Origin: Eledone cirrhosa
Lineage: Eukaryota
NCBI GenBank assembly: GCA_964016885.1
Contig: OZ024744.1
Coordinates: forward strand, 111,228,001 to 111,292,000
DNA length: 64,000 nucleotides
Direction: 5' to 3'
Positions 50,601-63,005 of the stretch are shown one piece after another. Numbering within the stretch: position 1 is the first letter of the stretch; each line of letters begins with the position of its first letter. Made by a program: the position numbers and the translations under genes. The notes under the pieces were generated by a model. It ran no database searches. It was given only the letters and a program-made list of their open reading frames with translations, and was not told where the DNA came from.

Positions 50601-53600
50601 CACTACCACCAACACTACTACCAACACTACTACCAACACTGCTACCAACACTACTACCAACACTACTACCAACACTACTACCAACACTACCACCAACATT
50701 ACTACCAACACTACTACCAACACTACTACCAACACTACCACCAACACTACCACCAACACTACTCCCAACACTACTACCAACACTACTACCAACACTACTA
50801 GCAACACTACTACCAACACTACTCCCAACACTACTACCAACACTACTCCCAACACTACTACCAACACTACTCCGAACACTCCTACCAACACTACTACCAA
50901 CACTACTACCAACACTACTACCAACACTCCTACCAACACTACTACCAACACTACTACCAACACTACCACCAACACTACCACCAACACTACTACCAACACT
51001 ACTACCAACACTACTCCCAACACTACCACCAACACTACTACCAACACTACTACCAACACTACTACCAACACTACTACCAACACTACTACCAACATTACTC
51101 CCAACACTACTACCAACACTACCCCCAACACTACTACCAACACTACCACCAACACTACTACCAACACTACTACCAACACTACTCCCAACACTACACCCAA
51201 CACTTCTCCCAACACTACTACCAACACTACTACCAACACTACTCCCAACACTACTACCAAAACTACCACCAACACTACTCCCAACACTACTATAAACACT
51301 ACTACCAACACTACTACCAACACTGCTACCAACACTACTACCAACACTACTACCAACACTACTACCAACACTACCACCAACATTACCACCAACACTACTA
51401 CCAACACTACTACCAACACTACCACCAACACTACTACCAACACTACTACCAACACTACTACCAACACTACTACCAACCCTACCACCAACACTACCACCAA
51501 CAGTACCACCAACACTACTCCCAACACTACTACCAACACTACTACCAACACTACTCCAAACACTACTACCAACACTACTCCCAACACTACTACCACCACT
51601 ACTACCAACACTACTACCAACACTACTACCAACACTACTACCAACACTACCACCAACACTACTACCAACACTACTACCAACACTACTACCAACACTACTA
51701 CCAACACTCCTCCCAACACTACTACCAACACTACTACCAACACTACCACCAACACTACCACCAACACTACTACCAACACTACTACCAACACTACTCCCAA
51801 CACTACCACCAACACTGCTACCAACACTACTACCAACACTACTACCAACACTACTACCAACATTACTCCCAACACTACTACCAACACTACTCCCAACATT
51901 ACTACCAACACTACCACCAACACTACTACCAACACTACTACCAACACTACTACCAACACTACTACCAACACTACTACCAACACTACTACCAACACTACTA
52001 CCAACACTACCACCAACACTACTACCAACACTACTACCAACACTACTACCAACACTACTACCATCACTACTCCCAACACTACTACCAACACTACTACCAA
52101 CACAACTACCAACGCTACTACCAACACTACTACCAACACTACTACCAACACTACTCCCAACACTACTCCCAACACTACTCCCAACACTACTACCAACACT
52201 ACTCCCGACACTACTCCCATCACTACCACCAACACTACTCCCAACACTACTACCAACACTACCACTAACACTACTACCAACACTACTCCCAACACTACTA
52301 CCAACACTACTCCCAACACTACTACCAACACTACTCCCAACACTACCACCAACACTACTCCCAACACTACTACCAACACTACTCCCAACACTACCACCAA
52401 CACTACTACCAACACTACTACCAACACTACTCCCAACACTACTACCAACACTACTACCAACACTACTACCAACACTACTACCAACACTACTCCCAACACT
52501 ACTACCAACACTACTACCAACACTACTACCAACACTACTCCCAACACTACCACCAACACTACTACCAACACTGCTACCAACACTACCACCAACACTACTA
52601 CCAACACTACCACCAACACTCCTCTCAACGCTACTACCAACACTACTACCAACACTACTACCAACACCACCACCAACACTACGCCCAACACCTCTACCAA
52701 CACTACTACCAACACTACCACCAACACTACTACCAACACTACTCCCAACACTTCTACCAACACTACCACTAACACTACTACCAACACTACTACCAACACA
52801 ACCACCAACACTACCACCATCATTACCACCAACACTACTACCAACACTACTACCAACACTACCACCAACACTACTACCAACATTACTACCAACACTACTC
52901 CCAACACTACCACCAACATTACCACCAACACTACGACCAACACTACTACCAACACTACTCCCAACACTACTACCAACACTACTACCAACACTACTACCAA
53001 CACTACCACCAACACTACTCCCAACACTACTACCAACACTACTCCCAACACTACTACCAACACTACTACCAACATTACTACCAACACTACTCCCAACACT
53101 ACTCCCAACACTACTACCAACACTACTCCCAACACTACTACCAACACTACTACCAACACTACTCCCAACACTACTCCCAACACTACTCCCAACATTACTA
53201 CCAACACTACTACCAACACTACTACCAACACTACCACCAACACTACTACCAACACTACTACCAACACTACCACCAACATTACTACCAACACTACTCCCAA
53301 CACTACTACCAACACTACTACCAAACACCACTACCATCACCACTACCAAACACTACCACCAACACTACTACCAACACTACTACCAAACACCACTACCAAC
53401 ACTACTACCAACACTACCACCAACACTACTACCAACACTACTACCAACACTACTACCAACACTACTCCCAACACTACTACCAACACTACTACCAACACTA
53501 CCACCAACACTACTACCAACACTACTACCAACACAACTCCCAACACTACTACCAACACTACTACCAGCACTACTACCAACACTACTACCAACACTATTAC

Positions 53601-56600
53601 CAACAATACCAACACTACCACCAACACTACTACCAACACTACCACCAACACTACCACTAACACTACTACCAACACTACTACCAACACTACCACCAACACT
53701 ACTACCAACAGTACTACCAATACTACTACCAACACTACCACCAACACAATTACCAACACTACTACCAACACTACAACCAACACTACTACCAACACTACTA
53801 CCATCACTACTACCAACACTACCACTAACACTACTACCAACACTACTACCAACACTACTACCAACAGTAACACCAACACTACTACCAACACTACTACCAA
53901 GACTACCACTAACACTACCACCAATACTACTACCAACACTACGACAAACACTACCACTAACACTACTAACAATACTACCACCAACACTACTACCAACACT
54001 ACTATTAACGCTACCACCAACACTACTACCAACACTACCACCAACACTACTACCAACACTACTACCAACACTACTACCAACACTACCACCAACGCTACCA
54101 CTAACACTACTACCAATACTACCACCAACACTACTACCAACACTACTACTAACGCTACTACCAACACTACTACCAACACTACCACCAACACTACTAACAC
54201 CAATACTACTACCAACACTACCACCAACACTACCACCAACACTACTACCAACACTACCACCAACACTACTACCAATACTACTACCAACAATACTACCAAC
54301 ACTACTACCAACACTCCTCCCAACACTACCACCAACACTACCTCCAACACTACACTAACACTACCACTAACACTACTACCAACACTACCACCAACACTAC
54401 TACCAACACTACTACCAACACTACTACCAACACTACTCCCAACACTACCACCAACACTACTACCAACACTGCTACCAACACTACCACCAACACTACTACC
54501 AACACTACCACCAACACTCCTCTCAACGCTACTACCAACACTACTACCAACACTACTACCAACACCACCACCAACACTACGCCCAACACCTCTACCAACA
54601 CTACTACCAACACTACCACCAACACTACTACCAACACTACTCCCAACACTTCTACCAACACTACCACTAACACTACTACCAACACTACTACCAACACAAC
54701 CACCAACACTACCACCATCATTACCACCAACACTACTACCAACACTACTACCAACACTACCACCAACACTACTACCAACATTACTACCAACACTACTCCC
54801 AACACTACCACCAACATTACCACCAACACTACGACCAACACTACTACCAACACTACTCCCAACACTACTACCAACACTACTACCAACACTACTACCAACA
54901 CTACCACCAACACTACTCCCAACACTACTACCAACACTACTCCCAACACTACTACCAACACTACTACCAACATTACTACCAACACTACTCCCAACACTAC
55001 TCCCAACACTACTACCAACACTACTCCCAACACTACTACCAACACTACTACCAACACTACTCCCAACACTACTCCCAACACTACTCCCAACATTACTACC
55101 AACACTACTACCAACACTACTACCAACACTACCACCAACACTACTACCAACACTACTACCAACACTACCACCAACATTACTACCAACACTACTCCCAACA
55201 CTACTACCAACACTACTACCAAACACCACTACCATCACCACTACCAAACACTACCACCAACACTACTACCAACACTACTACCAAACACCACTACCAACAC
55301 TACTACCAACACTACCACCAACACTACTACCAACACTACTACCAACACTACTACCAACACTACTCCCAACACTACTACCAACACTACTACCAACACTACC
55401 ACCAACACTACTACCAACACTACTACCAACACAACTCCCAACACTACTACCAACACTACTACCAGCACTACTACCAACACTACTACCAACACTATTACCA
55501 ACAATACCAACACTACCACCAACACTACTACCAACACTACCACCAACACTACCACTAACACTACTACCAACACTACTACCAACACTACCACCAACACTAC
55601 TACCAACAGTACTACCAATACTACTACCAACACTACCACCAACACAATTACCAACACTACTACCAACACTACAACCAACACTACTACCAACACTACTACC
55701 ATCACTACTACCAACACTACCACTAACACTACTACCAACACTACTACCAACACTACTACCAACAGTAACACCAACACTACTACCAACACTACTACCAAGA
55801 CTACCACTAACACTACCACCAATACTACTACCAACACTACGACAAACACTACCACTAACACTACTAACAATACTACCACCAACACTACTACCAACACTAC
55901 TATTAACGCTACCACCAACACTACTACCAACACTACCACCAACACTACTACCAACACTACTACCAACACTACTACCAACACTACCACCAACGCTACCACT
56001 AACACTACTACCAATACTACCACCAACACTACTACCAACACTACTACTAACGCTACTACCAACACTACTACCAACACTACCACCAACACTACTAACACCA
56101 ATACTACTACCAACACTACCACCAACACTACCACCAACACTACTACCAACACTACCACCAACACTACTACCAATACTACTACCAACAATACTACCAACAC
56201 TACTACCAACACTCCTCCCAACACTACCACCAACACTACCTCCAACACTACACTAACACTACCACTAACACTACTACCAACACTACCACCAACACTACTA
56301 CCAACACTAACACCAACACTACTACCAACACTACTACCACCAACACTACTACCAACACTACCACCGACACTACTACTAACACTACCACCAACACTACACT
56401 AACACTACCACTAACACTACTACCAACACTACTACCAACACTACCACCAACACTACACTAACACTACCACTAACACTACTACCAACACTACTACCAACAC
56501 TACTACCAACACTACTACCAACACTACCACCAACACTACCACCAACACTACTACCAACACTACCACCAACACTACCCCCAATACTACTACCAACACTACT

Positions 56601-59600
56601 ACCAACACTACTACCAACACTACTACAAACACTACCACCAACACTACTACTAACACTACCACTAACACTACTACCAACACTACCACCAACACTACTACCA
56701 ACACTACTACCAACACTACTACCAACAATACTCCCAACACTACTCCCAACTCTACTACCAACACTACTACCAACACTACTACCAACACTACTACCAACAC
56801 TACCACCAACACTACTACCAACACTACCACCAACACTACCACCAACAGTACTACCAACACTACCACCAACACTAGCACCAACACTACTACCAACACTACT
56901 ACCAACAATACCACCAACACTACTACCAACACTACTACCAACACTACCATCAACATTACTACCAACACTACTACCAACACTACTACCAACACTACTACCA
57001 ATACTACTCCCAACACTACTACCAACACTACTATCAAACACCACTACCATCACCACTACCAAACACTACCACCAACACTACTACCAACACTACCACCAAC
57101 ACTACTACCAACACTACTACCAACACTACTACCAACACTACTCCCAACACTACTACCAACACTACTACCAACACTACCACCAACACTACTACCAACACTA
57201 CTACCAACACTACTACCAGCACTACAACCAACACTACTACCAACACTACCACCAACACTACTACCAACACTACTACCAACACTACTACCAACACTACTCC
57301 CAACACTACTACTAACACTACTACCAACACTACTACCAACACTACTCCCAAAACTACTACCAACACTACTACCAACACTACTACCAACACTACTACCAAC
57401 ACTACTCCCAACACTACTCCCAACACTACTACCAACACTACCACCAACACTACTCCCAACACTACTACCAACACTACTATCAACACTACTACCAACACCA
57501 CTACCAACACTACTACCAACACTACTCCCAACACTACCACCAACACTACCACCAACACTACTATCAACACTACTACCAACACTACTACCAACACTACCAC
57601 CAACACTACTACCAGCACTACTACCAACACTACTACCAACACTACTCCCAACACTACTACCAACACTACTACCAACACTACTACCAACACTACTCCCAAC
57701 ACTACCACCAACACTACTACCAACATTACTACCAACACTACTCCCAACACTACTACCAACACTACTACCAACACTACTACCAACACTACTCCCAACACTA
57801 CTACCAACACTACTACCAACACTACTACGAACACTACTACCAACACTACTACCAACACTACTCCCAACACTACTCCCAACACTACTACCAACACTACCAC
57901 CAACACTACTCCCAACACTACTACCAACACTACTACCAACACTACTACCAACACTACTCCCAACACTACTACCAACACTACTACCAACACTACTACCAAC
58001 ACTACTAGCAACACTACTACCAACACTACTACCAACACTACTACCAACACTACCACCAACACTACCACCAACACCACTATCAACACTACTACCAACACTA
58101 CTACCAACACTACTACCAACACTACTCCCAACACTACTCCCAACACTACTACCAACAATACCACCAACACTACCACCAACACTACTACCAACACTACTAC
58201 CAACACTAGTACCTACACTACCACCAACACTACCACCAACACTACTACCAACACTATTACCAACACTACTCCCAACACTACTACCAACACTACTACCAAA
58301 ACTACTACCAACACTACTACCAACACTACTACCAACACTACCACCAACACTACTACCAACACTTCTACCAACACTACTACCAACACTACTACCAACACTA
58401 CTAGCAACACTACTACCAACACTACTCCCAGCACTACTACCAACACTACTACCAACACTACCACCAACACTACTACCAACACTACTACCAACACTACTCC
58501 CAACACTACTACCAACACTACTACCAACACTACTACCAACACTACCACCAACACTACTACCAAGACTACCACCGACACTACCACCAACACTACCACCATC
58601 ACTACCACCAATACTACTATCAGCACTACTACCAACACTACTACCAACACTACTACCAACACTACTACCAACACTACCACCAACACTACTACCAACACTA
58701 CTACCAACACTACTACCAACACTACCACCACTACCACCAACACTACTACCAACACTACCACCAACACTACCACTAACACTACTACCAACACTACTACCAA
58801 CACAACCACCAACACTACTACCAACAGTACTACCAATACTACTACCAACACTACCACCAACACTATTACCAACACTACTACCAACACTACCACCAACACT
58901 ACTACCAACACTACTACCATCACTACTACCAACACTACCACTAACACTATTACCAACACTACTACCAACACTACTACCAACACTACCACCAACACTACTA
59001 CCAACACTACTACCAAGACTACCACCGACACTACCACCAACACTACCACCAACACTACTACCAAGACTACCACCAACACTACTACCAACACTACCACTAA
59101 CACTACTACCAACACTAACACCAACATTACTACCAACACTACTACCAAGACTACCACTAACACTACCACCAATACTACTACCAACACTACGACAAACACT
59201 ACCAACACTACTACCAACACTACTACCAACACTACCACCAACACTACCACCAACACTACTACCAACACTACCACCAACACTACTACCAATACTACTACCA
59301 ACAATACTACCAACACTACTACCAACACTCCTCCCAACACTACCACCAACACTACCTCCAACACTACACTAACACTACCACTAACACTACTACCATCACT
59401 ACCACCAACACTACTACCAACACTACCACCAACACTACTACCAACACTACTACCACCAACACTACTACCAACACTACCACCGACACTACTACTAACACTA
59501 CCACCAACACTACACTAACACTACCACTAACACTACTACCAACACTACTACCAACACTACCACCAACACTACACTAACACTACCACTAACACTACTACCA

Positions 59601-60223
59601 ACACTACTACCAACACTACTACCAACACTACTACCAACACTACCACCAACACTACCACCAACACTACTACCAACACTACCACCAACACTACCACCAATAC
59701 TACTACCAACACTACTACCAACACTACTACCAACACTACTACAAACACTACCACCAACACTACTACTAACACTACCACTAACACTACTACCAACACTACC
59801 ACCAACACTATTACCAACACTACTACCAACACTACTACCAACAATACTCCCAACACTACTCCCAACACTACTACCAACACTACTACCAACACTACTACCA
59901 ACACTACTACCAACACTACCACCAACACTACTACCAACACTACAACCAACACTACCACCAACAGTACTACCAACACTACCACCAACACTAGCACCAACAC
60001 TACTACCAACACTACTACCAACACTACCACCAACACTAGCACCAACACTACTACCAACACTACTACCAACACTACCACTAACACTACTACCAACACTACC
60101 ACCAACACTACTACCAACACTACTACCAACACTACCACCAACACTAGCACCAACACTACTACCAACACTACTACCAACACTACCACTAACACTACTACCA
60201 ACACTACCACCAACACTACTACC
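5631..60223. repeat. ~54.6-kb satellite of a 12-bp monomer ACCAACACTACT (major variants ACCAACACTACC, CCCAACACTACT)
   Basis: The 12-bp periodicity is directly visible throughout, and the plus strand is almost devoid of G. The ORF track gives only (VGSS)n and (LVVV)n translations. The array ends abruptly at ...ACTACTACC|GTCAACTTTG. Confidence 0.98.
26848..27047. other. Assembly gap (200 N)
   Basis: A run of 200 Ns lies inside the satellite. Confidence 1.
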
Positions 60224-60245
60224 GTCAACTTTGCCTCTCATGTTT
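60224..60245 (-). pseudogene. Probable upstream continuation of the LINE endonuclease (N-M-R-G-K-V-D) on the far side of the satellite
   Basis: The minus strand AAC ATG AGA GGC AAA GTT GAC joins in register to CTG GTA GAA ATC at 3855-3844, rebuilding a TMxGKxxELxxxxERRxVD-like RTE endonuclease N-terminus. The match is short, so this is inference. Confidence 0.5.
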
Positions 60246-60655
60246 CTCTCTGACTTCTCTCTTGATTTTCACCTCCCCCTATATAATTATTGATATTTTT
60301 TTCTGCCTCTTTCTTTTCAGTCTGTCTCTTCTCTAACTGTGCTTAACACTATAACTAAATAATTACCTTACTCCCTCCCTCTTAAATCTCTCAATTTGTA
60401 TGATGAATTATTATTATTCATCTGCTGCTTTCGGTTGCCTCTCTCTTTTACCTCCTCCTTCCTTCTCACTCCCCTATTTCTCTGTATTTCTCTCTGTTTT
60501 TCTTTACATACATTTCTTCTTTTTCTCCGTCTTTATTTGTAACTGTGATTAACACTAAATATCTATAAACACTTCACTACCAAGCCAGCTTCCTACATTA
60601 ATGGCCGCTATATTTATGGTACGTCAAAATTATTTATAAAACTGGTTATATATTG

Positions 60656-60721
60656 TATTTTATCTGACGAAGGCATGCTATATTTTTAATATGGTATCCC
60701 CGAAATATGTATAATGAAATA
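60656..60721 (+). ncRNA. Type I hammerhead ribozyme motif (minimal, palindromic stem III)
   Basis: Stem I TATTTTAT(60656-63)/ATGAAATA(60714-21); core CTGACGA (60664-70); stem II GG-C-ATGCTATATT-ttt-AATATGGTAT-CC; GAAA (60702-05); self-complementary stem III ATATGTAT; predicted cleavage after AUA (60713). There is a distal stem I extension TATTTATAAAAC(60631-42)/GTTTTATAAATA(60728-39). Confidence 0.7.
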
Positions 60722-60853
60722 AATATGGTTTTATAAATATAGTTTCCATTTGTTTAATATCGTATATCTACTCCCAAAACTTGTCGAGTGCTTTATATCA
60801 GTTATAAAATATTTACTTGTTGTAACCCAACAATTTTAAATAAAACTTTTGCA

Positions 60854-60863
60854 TATATATATC

Positions 60864-60895
<32 letters not shown>

Positions 60896-60897
60896 TA
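60854..60897. repeat. (TA)n microsatellite
   Basis: Direct reading. Confidence 0.95.
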
Positions 60898-61241
60898 TCC
60901 CGGATTCAATCGGGGGTAACCACAGTAAGTAAGGTATTCAATACAAAGCAGAGTATAAATATTTAATATAGAAAAGCTTCTACAGTACTAGAACTGTTTC
61001 ATTCGTGAGAAATCATCAGGAAGCTGACTGTCCAAGTAAATATGGTGGTATTTATATCTTTTCTGGTGGTAGGAGAGGGTCGGGATTGGGATGGGTTGAG
61101 GTCATTGATTGATGGGTTTAAAGAAAAGGGAATTCTTTAAAAGCTATAATTAGAGTAACAAAGGCAGAAAGGGGTTCCACTCCTTATTTTTAAGGTTCTC
61201 ATAAGCTAACAATGACTATTATTCAGGTGTCTACAAGCACA
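60898..61241 (-). mobile_element. 3' remnant of a Penelope-like retroelement (ORF end, 3' UTR/pLTR with hammerhead)
   Basis: The minus strand encodes ACRHLN (CRH at 61235-61227), reminiscent of the CRHxN C-terminus of Penelope GIY-YIG ORFs. A UTR and a hammerhead (61025-60975) follow, and the element terminates at (TA)n. Confidence 0.55.
60975..61025 (-). ncRNA. Type I hammerhead ribozyme motif (complete three-stem form)
   Basis: Minus strand: AGCTTC-CTGATGA-tTTCtcacGAAt-GAAA-CAGTtctagtACTG-TA^GAAGCT. Stem I is a perfect 6 bp, all core nucleotides are canonical, stem III is 4 bp plus the A-U pair, and the cleavage triplet is GUA. Confidence 0.85.
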
Positions 61242-61312
61242 TTCACACACACACACACATATATATAAAGACCCTACTCCCACACACTCGCAAAAACAAA
61301 CTCTCTTATACC

Positions 61313-61432
61313 CATATATATATATATACATGTATATATATACATATACAGTATATATGTATACATGTATATATATACATATATATATATACATATATAT
61401 ATACATATATATATATACATATATATATATAC

Positions 61433-61494
<62 letters not shown>

Positions 61495-61572
61495 ATATAT
61501 ACATATATATATACATGCATATATATATACATATATATATACATATATATACATATATATATATATACATAT

Positions 61573-61630
<58 letters not shown>

Positions 61631-61695
61631 ATATATATACATATATATATTCATATATATATATACATATATATTTATATATATATACATATGTA
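61313..61695. repeat. Compound (TA)n/(TATACA)n microsatellite
   Basis: Direct reading; it generates the YI-rich spurious ORFs. Confidence 0.95.
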
Positions 61696-61784
61696 TGAAT
61701 GAAGTAATTCCGTCGGAAAAGTCCAGGAAAAAAGAGTGCTCTATGTAAGCAACAGAGCTTAATTATTATTATGTAATAAACAAC

Positions 61785-61888
61785 AATGTTCGGTAAACCC
61801 ATATGTACATATATATGTGTGTGCATGTATGTATATATATACATACATGCACACACATGTATATGTACATATGGGTTTACCGAACATT
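61785..61888. repeat. 104-bp loopless palindrome (52-bp arms, one mismatch)
   Basis: AATGTTCGGTAAACCCATATGTACATAT...GTATAT|ATATAC...ATATGTACATATGGGTTTACCGAACATT; the only mismatch is 61814/61859. Confidence 0.95.
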
Positions 61889-61892
61889 TATT

Positions 61893-62083
61893 ATAATTGT
61901 TTCTACTTTAGGCACAAGGCCAGCAATCACCCAGTGCATTACTGGTACTTTATTTTATCGACCCCGTAAGGATGAAAGGCAAAGTTAACCTCGGCGGAAT
62001 TTGAACTCAGATTGGAAAGGGCCGTAACTCTATGCATCAAAGCATGGCGTCCGAACCTCTACCGATACTGCCAATCCACCGCC
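61893..62083 (-). mobile_element. tRNA-derived SINE (same family as left-flank copies), full length
   Basis: The reverse complement contains the A box TGGCAGTATCGG, the B box GAGTTCAAATTCC, the central domain and the tail AAAGTAGAAACAATTATAATAA. Confidence 0.9.
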
Positions 62084-62165
62084 CTTATAGGTTCGGTTTG
62101 TTTGTTTGTAAACAAACAAACAGCCCGGATTACGCCGTACATATACATATATATATATATATATT

Positions 62166-62540
62166 TATTATAAAAAATAAACAAAGAAGCCTTCAATACA
62201 TCAAAAGTCTTTATTAGCCGACAGTGTTTCGTCCCATTAATAGGGACTCATCAGAGCAAGTAAAGAGACAAGAAGTATTAACGGCCAGAACAATCCAAAA
62301 CTCAGAAGAACAGGGAATTTATATCTATGAAAACTTAGGAAAGACATCATGGAAAGACATGCTAAAGCTAAAAGTGTGCATTTGAAAATATAGACTATAG
62401 GGCAAGAGAGCGAGTAATATGTCAAACCCACGTTGAAAGTACAGTATAAGACAAATACATGAAACACAACATGGTAATACAATGTGAGAATTATAATATG
62501 ATATAGAATACAATATAATGGATAATAAGAAATAAAAAGC
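62166..62540 (-). mobile_element. Probable Penelope-like pLTR/3' UTR remnant carrying the 62214-62259 hammerhead
   Basis: This is a T-rich minus-strand segment between (TA)n tracts, with a hammerhead followed by AATAAA near its 3' end. Boundaries are approximate. Confidence 0.45.
62214..62259 (-). ncRNA. Type I minimal hammerhead ribozyme motif
   Basis: Minus strand: TTGCT-CTGATGA-GTCCCtattaatGGGAC-GAAA-CACTG-TC^GGCTAATAAA. It has a canonical core, a perfect 5-bp stem II with G10.1-C11.1, a tiny near-palindromic stem III (ACA-C-TGT), a GUC triplet, a short stem I (GCT/GGC) and AATAAA just downstream. Confidence 0.8.
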
Positions 62541-62906
62541 CTAATATATATATATATATAAATCCATATATATACACATTTACACAAACACATACTAACA
62601 CTTATTTAAATATTTAAATATAAATATACTCGTTATAATGTAATAATCATTATAATAGAATAATCACCCTGACGGTGTGCATAAACTATACCAAAAACAA
62701 TGGAATAATATACGGACATTAAAAAATATATAAAACTACATCATACGTATCATTTAAGGTCAACAAATTGTATATAAAGTTTTACACAGGGTAAGAAAAA
62801 ATATCAAATAAAAATAAAGTATGGTGAAAAAATATATATAAATATATATAATATTGACAATAAATATACAGAGGTATAGGCAGTTCAAATTCATAAAATA
62901 TTACAA

Positions 62907-62929
62907 TATATATATATATATATATATTT

Positions 62930-62993
<64 letters not shown>

Positions 62994-63005
62994 ATATATA
63001 TATAT
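62907..63005. repeat. (TA)n microsatellite
   Basis: Direct reading. Confidence 0.95.

Noticed and set aside
5631-60223. Telomeric repeat array
   Set aside because: The array is G/T-strand biased, but it is not TTAGGG-like and is flanked by ordinary sequence on both sides.
5617-60241. Dozens of long minus-strand ORFs (poly-VVVL, poly-VGSS)
   Set aside because: They are translations of the 12-bp satellite in stop-free frames, mostly with alternative starts, and have no domain content.
60334-60557. Imperfect 18-bp direct repeat TAACTGTG(C/A)TTAACACTA around a pyrimidine-rich tract
   Set aside because: It could be an old TSD or local duplication, but no recognisable element lies between the copies; too weak to call.
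62665-62720. Possible fifth hammerhead (CTGACGG...CAAAA)
   Set aside because: Both core segments deviate from CUGANGA/GAAA and no stem I is evident.
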